The notes under the pieces were generated by a model. The model worked only from the letters and a program-made list of their open reading frames with translations, had not been told where the DNA came from and ran no database searches. The translations under genes and the position numbers were made by a program. Below, piece by piece: positions 57,550 through 64,000 of a DNA stretch of 64,000 bases. The DNA is taken from positions 1,664,001-1,728,000 of the forward strand of contig OZ242358.1 of the NCBI GenBank assembly GCA_965208835.1, written 5' to 3'. The stretch's first letter is position 1; every line of letters begins with the position of its first letter. Source of the stretch: Candidatus Latescibacterota bacterium (lineage in GTDB: Bacteria; Latescibacterota; UBA2968; GCA-2709665).

Positions 57550-60500
57550 TCGGGTTCCTCCACGTCGTTCGCGAGCGAACGGTAGCCGGATAGCAGCGAA
57601 TCCACCTTCTTGCGCTCCCAGATTTCGGTCCTTCTGGCCGCACACAGGGAATCGAAATCGCAGAACCTGCAGTTTTCCGGGCCGCCGAACCCGTCCGGTC
57701 CCGGATTGGCGGGAAACACGCCGCCCTGAATGCCCGATACAATCGTTGACAACGCTGCCTGGAACCGTGCCCGCACCGCGTCGTCCTGCGCGTCGGCGTC
57801 TTCAGGAGGGTGAAAAGCGAAACCGCCGCGGGTGGTCGTGAACCAGTAAGCGGCCCTGATTTCGCCGGCGTCGGCGACGAGCTGCCGGGCGGCCAGGGAG
57901 TACACGCCCAGCTGGAGTCGCCTTCCCCCGTCGATCGGGTCATTGTTCAACCCTTCGTACTGTCTGGCGCCGCCGGTCTTGTAGTCGATCACGAGGACAG
58001 AGCGCGATGCCGGGTTGACGTCGACCCGGTCGATGTACCCGCGAAATCGCACTCCGGTCCGGGGTTCTTTCACCTCCGGCGCGCCGCCGTGACCGAAACC
58101 CGCTTCGATCAGAATGTGACCGGTGCCCCAACGAGTCCGGAGTTTCGCATCCTCTTCGATGAAGGTTTCCAGGTCGGCCCGGATGTCCTGCTTTTCCAGG
58201 TTCCAGATCAGAGGTTTTCCCGTAACCCCTCGCGACTCGGCGAGAGCGAACTCCTCTTCCGCGATCCGAAACAACCTCCGGCGCGACGGGTCGCTCCATT
58301 CCGCACCCGGCGGCGGCAGCTTGTTTTCCTCATTGACTTCCGTCATGAACCGCTCCAGTATCCGGTGTATCAGCGAACCGCGTTCCAGTGGGGTAATGGA
58401 GGTCGTTTCTTCCGGCGCTTCGAGCGCGCTGAGTCTCAACACGTGGCCAAGGAAGTAGCTGAATGGACACCTGGCCCAACTTTCCAGGCGCGTGGCTGAG
58501 ACCGGCGCCCGGCGGAGTCCCTGCAGAAAGCCCGCTTCTCGCGCGACAGAGGACACATTGCCGTCGAACGCAGTCAACGTGCTCCGGTTCCGGTGCCGCG
58601 TCAACGACGCGGCGCGGGCGAGGGTTCCGTCACCGGCGAAGGGATGGTCGAGAAGCGCGAGTTCGGCCCGCCTCCACCGCAGGAGCCGGTGCAGATTATA
58701 GTCGTGCAGGTCGGCCGTGGACGCGCCACCGATTGTGACCAGTGCCTGTTCGGCCGACTCGTCGGCGGTCAGCCACTTCCGACCCCGCAGCCGGCCCAGA
58801 CCGCTTGCGTGGACTGGCGAGCGCTCCATGATCGATGCCTGTTCGAGGAACCAGCGCGAGGGAAATGCTTCCCGCTGTGATGCCGGGTCGGCCACCGGGT
58901 ACGACAACTCACGGTGGGTGGACGCAGTCGCAGCGGCCAGGTAGTCGTAGCGTTCCTCTGCGACCCGTTGATTCAGTCGCGAGTGTCCCCCGGCGGCGTG
59001 CCAGTCCGATTCCGGCAGCAGGGGGTCGGCGCGAAACGGCGGCGGCATCCCGCCCTCGATCATGCCCACCATCCAGACTCTTTCGAAGCGCATACCGGCT
59101 GCGCCGCGGACCCGGGACACGAACACGCCCGTACCCGTCGTGCCGTGATGTCCGATGGGCGCCCGAAGGGAATCTTCTACGGTCTGCCTGAATTCGTCCA
59201 GCGTGGTCCCCGCGCGGATGCTGTCCGCGGCTTTAAGTTCCTCGATAGCACGGCGGATCTTTTCAAGGGCAGTCTTCTCGACGTCGGGAACGTCGCGGTC
59301 AAGGTAGCGATCAAGAAGATCAATTGACCACTTGCAGAACCCACTCCAGGGACTGCCGTTCTCCGGCGGCTCGACGTCCGCCCCCAGTTTTTCGACGAAG
59401 GACAACACCTGGCGCGCGGCGGCAGCCTCGGACCTCATGCGCTCGGCGCGGGCTTCGGTAATTTCCTCCCTGGCAGCCAGTCGCGCGGCTGCGTCGGTGA
59501 GTCGCACCGCGTAATGGTTCAGACGGTCTCGCCACTGCTCTGCACCCCGGACGATTCCCGCCTTTCGGGTGAGGGCGTCCCACCGGCTGGGGTTGAAGCC
59601 GCCCACGCCCGCGCCGGCGGGGCGGACGGGACAGCCCGTCAGCCACGCCATGACGTCTTCACGCCGCATGTCGCTTCCGGACATCGCAAGCAGTCCGAAC
59701 AGCGTACGCCCGGCGGCGGAGTCGGCCAGCATCGACCTGTCCGGCCCCGCAACCGGGATCCCGGCCATGCGCATTTCATCCAGGACGAGCGTGGCGTACG
59801 GGTTGTCCATCCGGTAAAGAACGGCCATCCGGTGGAAGGGAACGCCACCTTCCTCTGCATTGCGGACGATTCGCCGAATCACCCACCTTAGTTCCTCGTG
59901 GGCATTGGGCGCGATATGCATTCGGGCATTGCGGGACAAAAGCGGCATTTCGGCGTCGTCCTGAACGGCAGGAACGGGCTCACCAAGCACGGGTACGAGC
60001 TCTTTTTTCAGTATGTCGACGGGTCTGTCGGCAATCGCGTCGCCCGTCATTCCGAGGAGTACGTAGCATCGACGTTGTTCTGCAAGAACCTGCACAAGCT
60101 TCGTCTCCGACGGACTGGCGTCACGCGGAAGAAAGAACACGATCGTACCAAGGTCATCCAGGCCGGAGATTTCGCCGTGAGTGACGACTTCCGCAGCTGC
60201 TTGCGCCAGGTCTTCCGAATCGTACCACTCGCTACGGGTGTTTCGGCGAAACTCGCGAAACAACCGGACAACTTCGCCGCACAGGCGACCCTTTTCCTGC
60301 AAGCTGGCGAGCACGTCTTCGGCGACCCGCCTCAGTTCGTAGAATGAACGTCTCACGCTTGCCTGTGTTGCAGGGTGTTCACTGACATCCTTCAGAATAT
60401 CGCCGGCCCTGGCCAGCGCATCGCGGACCATGACCCCTTCCAGGACTGCCGGAAGTGGCTTGCGGCGCGCCCGCGCGAGGGCCGCCGCTCCAAGTAGCTC

Positions 60501-60737
60501 CGACAATACCGGCATGACGACAAACCGGACGTTGACGAAACTGCTGCGCCCCAACTCCTGGCGAAGGCTGAGGTTCACGTAGCTCGACGGACCGACCACT
60601 GTAACTGGAGCCAGCACATCACCGCCCTTCGCTTCTCGAACCAACCTCCAGAGCGCTTTTCTCAACTTGGGCGAATGCCGGCACGTGATCAGTCTGCCGG
60701 GATTCGGTGGTGTCGTGTCCTTTGAGTCTGTTTGCAA
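57546..60737 (-). CDS. addB: AddB-like PD-(D/E)XK nuclease with Fe-S cysteines
   Basis: SATRLE...CPF, G.LIH, IDRVD, IDYKTG, QL..Y, CRFCDFDSLC; overlaps the addA start by 4 nt. Confidence 0.8.
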   Translation of the reverse strand: MQTDSKDTTPPNPGRLITCRHSPKLRKALWRLVREAKGGDVLAPVTVVGPSSYVNLSLRQELGRSSFVNVRFVVMPVLSELLGAAALARARRKPLPAVLEGVMVRDALARAGDILKDVSEHPATQASVRRSFYELRRVAEDVLASLQEKGRLCGEVVRLFREFRRNTRSEWYDSEDLAQAAAEVVTHGEISGLDDLGTIVFFLPRDASPSETKLVQVLAEQRRCYVLLGMTGDAIADRPVDILKKELVPVLGEPVPAVQDDAEMPLLSRNARMHIAPNAHEELRWVIRRIVRNAEEGGVPFHRMAVLYRMDNPYATLVLDEMRMAGIPVAGPDRSMLADSAAGRTLFGLLAMSGSDMRREDVMAWLTGCPVRPAGAGVGGFNPSRWDALTRKAGIVRGAEQWRDRLNHYAVRLTDAAARLAAREEITEARAERMRSEAAAARQVLSFVEKLGADVEPPENGSPWSGFCKWSIDLLDRYLDRDVPDVEKTALEKIRRAIEELKAADSIRAGTTLDEFRQTVEDSLRAPIGHHGTTGTGVFVSRVRGAAGMRFERVWMVGMIEGGMPPPFRADPLLPESDWHAAGGHSRLNQRVAEERYDYLAAATASTHRELSYPVADPASQREAFPSRWFLEQASIMERSPVHASGLGRLRGRKWLTADESAEQALVTIGGASTADLHDYNLHRLLRWRRAELALLDHPFAGDGTLARAASLTRHRNRSTLTAFDGNVSSVAREAGFLQGLRRAPVSATRLESWARCPFSYFLGHVLRLSALEAPEETTSITPLERGSLIHRILERFMTEVNEENKLPPPGAEWSDPSRRRLFRIAEEEFALAESRGVTGKPLIWNLEKQDIRADLETFIEEDAKLRTRWGTGHILIEAGFGHGGAPEVKEPRTGVRFRGYIDRVDVNPASRSVLVIDYKTGGARQYEGLNNDPIDGGRRLQLGVYSLAARQLVADAGEIRAAYWFTTTRGGFAFHPPEDADAQDDAVRARFQAALSTIVSGIQGGVFPANPGPDGFGGPENCRFCDFDSLCAARRTEIWERKKVDSLLSGYRSLANDVEEPE

Positions 60738-61197
60738 GTCTTATCCTTCCGCGGGATTGGATCCTTCAAAGCGGGATCGCGCTGGTTGCATCCATAAATT
60801 ACTATAATTGTGTGATTTATAGATATTGGTAATCTCTGTAGAATATCATTCGGTAATAGCGGTGGGCCTCTTGACTTGCCACGAATAAAGGCGTCAATTC
60901 GCTGTCAAGGGCGGAGATGCGAGTCCACACGGCGCGGAAAGAAAGTAACGTAGAGTCGAGTCTTGTTGTCAATTGCAATCACGACATCGATAACTGCGAA
61001 ACATGGTTCACGCCCACCAGCACAACGATGTAGCGAGATTTTTTTCTTAGCCGTGAAGGAATTTTAGCGCCGCTCTAAAATCCATTTGACTTGTGCCGCT
61101 TCCCATTGACGATGCCCTTGCCTGACGTTATTTTTGCGTGGTGAATCGCGGAGTCTGGAACAGGCAAGAAAATCAGCAGAATAAACCGAGGTGGTCC

Positions 61198-61986
61198 ATG
61201 GATATGAATCTGAAAGGAAAAATCGCGCTTGTGACGGGCGGGAACCGCGGGATCGGTCTCGCGACGGCGAAGGGTCTGGCGAAGGAGGGGTGTGACATTG
61301 CGATCTGTGCCCGGCGGGAGGAGACGCTTGCGCACGCGGCTGGAGAGATCGAAGCGCTTGGCGTCCGTGTCGCCGCCATTCAGGCGGATATGCAGAATCC
61401 GGATGACGCGGTCCGGTTTGTGGAGGAATCCGCCGCAAGCCTTGGTGGGATCGACATCCTGATCAACAACGTGGGCGGCCGATCAGGCGACAGGTTGATG
61501 GATTCGACGGACGAGGATTGGGTGGAGACCTTCGACAAGAATGTGTTCCACGGCGTTCGGTTGACCCGGCTGGTGGTCCCGCACATGCGGGCCCGCGGCG
61601 GCGGGTCCATCGTGTTTATATCCTCCATCTCCGGATGGATTCCGCAATTGAGCGGCGCGGTCCAGTACGGCGCGTCCAAGGCCGCCCAGATCTTCATGGC
61701 CGAACCCATAGCGCTTGAACTGGTGCACGACCGCATCCGTGTGAACGTCGTCTCGCCGGGATCCATAATTTTCGAAGGCGGCGGCTGGGACAATATGCGA
61801 CAAGAAAAACCGGAAGTATTCGCCGCCTATAAGGAGAACGGCTTCCCCATGGGGGGCCTTGGTACGCCTGAAGACGTTGCGGACGTCGTCGTTTTTCTGG
61901 CATCGGACCGGTCCCGTTGGGTGAACGGCGAGAATATACGCGCTGACGGACTCGAACAGCCGGTTCCGGCGGTGCGTCCGTGGTGA
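61198..61986 (+). CDS. short-chain dehydrogenase/reductase
   Basis: TGGNRGIG, NNVG, ISS, YGASK, SPG. Confidence 0.92.
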   Translation: MDMNLKGKIALVTGGNRGIGLATAKGLAKEGCDIAICARREETLAHAAGEIEALGVRVAAIQADMQNPDDAVRFVEESAASLGGIDILINNVGGRSGDRLMDSTDEDWVETFDKNVFHGVRLTRLVVPHMRARGGGSIVFISSISGWIPQLSGAVQYGASKAAQIFMAEPIALELVHDRIRVNVVSPGSIIFEGGGWDNMRQEKPEVFAAYKENGFPMGGLGTPEDVADVVVFLASDRSRWVNGENIRADGLEQPVPAVRPW

Positions 61987-62015
61987 CAGCAATGTAGATG
62001 AGGAATCCATAAGCG

Positions 62016-62672
62016 ATGGTACCTGACGAGAATCCGGACGTGCGGCGGTCGCGGACGCGCGCGATCATAGAGACGTTGAAGCGTGATTATCCCGATGCCG
62101 AGTGTTCGCTGACGTACGAGAACCCGCTCCAACTCCTGATTGCGACGATGCTCTCGGCGCAATGTACGGACGAACGGGTCAATATGGTGACGCCAATCCT
62201 CTTCGAGCGTTATCCCACGGCCGTGGACTATGCCGACGCTCCGTTGGATGAACTGGAGGACCTGATCCGTTCGACCGGGTTCTTTCGCAACAAGGCACGC
62301 AACATACAGGGCTGCTGCCAGGCGCTTGTGGACAACCACGGCGGCCAGGTGCCGCGTTCCATGGATGAACTGGTGGCGCTGGACGGCGTTGGAAGAAAGA
62401 CGGCCAACGTCGTTCTGGGCAATGCATTCGGAATTGCCGAAGGCGTCGTCGTGGATACGCATGTTCGCCGGATTTCCAATCGCCTGGGCCTGACCCGGCG
62501 GCAGGATCCGGTCAAAATCGAACAGGACCTGATCGGCCTCGTGCCGAAAAAGGACTGGGTGGACCTGCCGCATCTGTTCATCCATCATGGGCGGGCGATT
62601 TGCAGCGCCAGGGCGCCCGACTGCGATGCGTGCGGTGTGGGCGCGCTGTGCCCGTCGCAAGGACGCGCGTGA
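62016..62672 (+). CDS. nth: endonuclease III
   Basis: LSAQCTD, L.GVGRKTANV, VDTHV, C-x6-C-x2-C-x5-C Fe-S motif. Confidence 0.96.
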   Translation: MVPDENPDVRRSRTRAIIETLKRDYPDAECSLTYENPLQLLIATMLSAQCTDERVNMVTPILFERYPTAVDYADAPLDELEDLIRSTGFFRNKARNIQGCCQALVDNHGGQVPRSMDELVALDGVGRKTANVVLGNAFGIAEGVVVDTHVRRISNRLGLTRRQDPVKIEQDLIGLVPKKDWVDLPHLFIHHGRAICSARAPDCDACGVGALCPSQGRA

Positions 62673-62786
62673 TTTTTCTCACCATTTGAAGTGACCGGTT
62701 CGCGCATCACACGTCGACCGATCGGGATCGCCCGGTCGACATTTCCGCGGGTCGCGTCAAACTGAAAAATTTCTGAAAATTGGGGC

Positions 62787-62815
62787 TTGACTTTCAGTAC
62801 GCGCAAGGATAAATT
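62787..62815 (+). promoter_or_regulatory. sigma70-type promoter for dksA
   Basis: TTGACT-17 nt-TAAATT. Confidence 0.5.
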
Positions 62816-62989
62816 TTCGTCCGAAAAAATCGACCTGGTACGGTTTTAATCCGGGATCCGGTCCGAATGAGAGACGTTGCGTGGTTCTGCGGGCATTTTC
62901 GGGAGAATTGTATCGACATCATTTCCTGGTGTCGATATTGGATGTAGATTCCAGAAATCGGGTTTGGCGCCGGGGAGATTGAAGGCGAT

Positions 62990-63424
62990 ATGGCTGAAAA
63001 ACTGACTCCTGAAAAGCTGGCGTTTTACAAGCAACTCCTTGTGGATCGAAAGAAAGATCTGCTGAAGCAGACCAGCCTTGAAGATGCCGATATCAACGAG
63101 CTGAGAAGAGATCGCTCGGCCGATCCGTTCGATATGGCCGGCAACGCCACTTCTCTTGAGTTGATGGCGACGCTGGGCAATAACGAGAGGCGGGAACTCG
63201 CGGAGATTGACCACGCGCTTGGAAAGATCGAAAGCGGCACGTACGGAATCTGCGAGGTGTCCGGGGAATTGATCGGTGAGATGCGCCTGGAAGCCATTCC
63301 CACGGCGCGGTATACCATGCAGGTGCAGCAGGAACGGGAACGGAATCCTCAGATTGTCGACCGCCCGAGGCGTCGTGTGATCTCGGCGGAAGACCTGCCC
63401 ATGAGCGGCGACGAGGACTCCTGA
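62990..63424 (+). CDS. dksA: TraR/DksA-family transcription factor
   Basis: DPFDMA coiled-coil tip, IDHALGKI..GTYGICE, RLEAIP. Confidence 0.8.
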   Translation: MAEKLTPEKLAFYKQLLVDRKKDLLKQTSLEDADINELRRDRSADPFDMAGNATSLELMATLGNNERRELAEIDHALGKIESGTYGICEVSGELIGEMRLEAIPTARYTMQVQQERERNPQIVDRPRRRVISAEDLPMSGDEDS

Positions 63425-63443
63425 CGCGGAACGAGACGGCAGC

Positions 63444-63480
63444 AGGAAAGGCGACTCCAGTGGGAGTCGCCTTTCTTATT
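63444..63480 (+). terminator. intrinsic terminator after dksA
   Basis: GAAAGGCGACTCC/GGAGTCGCCTTTC stem followed by TTATT. Confidence 0.8.
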
Positions 63481-63514
63481 GTACGGCAACCTTGGAGCCT
63501 CCAGCAGGCCGCGC

Positions 63515-63724
63515 AATCAACCCCTCACGGCTTCGACCATGCTGCGGCAGCCGTGCAGGTAGATGCCCGTATCAACCGACAGGGCGATGTTTCGTACGCC
63601 GAGGTCGGAAAGGGTTGTACTTCTGCGACTCCCCCTCAAGGGGAGAGATTGATCGATCAAACGGGCGCGTGGGTTCCCTAGCCACCTGTTTGGTTGCGGG
63701 TGAGCAGAGCGAAGCCGCACTGGG
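63515..63724. repeat. diverged inverted copy of the 51278-51465 composite repeat
   Basis: Contains CTTCTGCGACTCCCCCTCAA and TTTGGTTGCGG in the same order and similar spacing as the reverse complement of the other copy. Confidence 0.6.
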
Positions 63725-64000
63725 TATTTACCGTAATGTCATGATTTCAGGGCGTTTAATCACAATGAACGCACTGCCAAACGGTATTTTTTTCGTTATA
63801 TTTTGTATTGTAGTCGAATCCTTACACAGCCATTGAAGTCTGTGACGCCAATGCGTTTCTACTGTCCGGCCGATGCGATCGGCTACGATGGCTTCAAGTG
63901 GCGGCATGCCGCTCAACCGTAACCTGCGAGAAATACCGTCAACCTGGGCTTGAAACTCTGGTCCTGATTCGCCCGCCAAAGCGGAGTAACTCCACTGCCA

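Noticed and set aside
54115-60737. Helicase-nuclease pair as a novel defence system or Cas4-like module
   Set aside because: Domain order, sizes and Fe-S cysteines match housekeeping AddAB-type recombination enzymes.
63728-64000. Minus-strand ORF at the window end
   Set aside because: Atypical composition, no motifs and truncated context.

Overview
GC-rich bacterial chromosomal window with about 45 genes, mostly housekeeping and catabolic. No rRNA, tRNA, CRISPR array, prophage or transposase was recognised. Main blocks, left to right: (1) a lysine-riboswitch-led dapA-pckG-dapB unit; (2) an M16 peptidase pair, ispH and dut; (3) a four-gene operon containing a DUF4910/M28-like peptidase fused to an AAC(3)-family acetyltransferase; (4) a UvrB/C-motif gene and hflX; (5) bactofilin; (6) an RND-MFP-TolC system whose RND carries a large extra hydrophobic insert; (7) mrp, ggt, DUF3604 and rarA; (8) a sigma-region-4-only regulator behind a possible polyproline leader peptide and attenuator; (9) a catabolic cluster of enolases, oxidoreductases and peptidases; (10) a PolX with a degenerate polymerase site, hicBA, addAB-like genes, nth and a zinc-free DksA. 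Intergenic DNA is rich in small non-autonomous repeats: four copies of a 162-bp MITE, a second MITE family, and nested REP-like elements. All calls come from motif recognition by eye; no database searches or folding computations were run.
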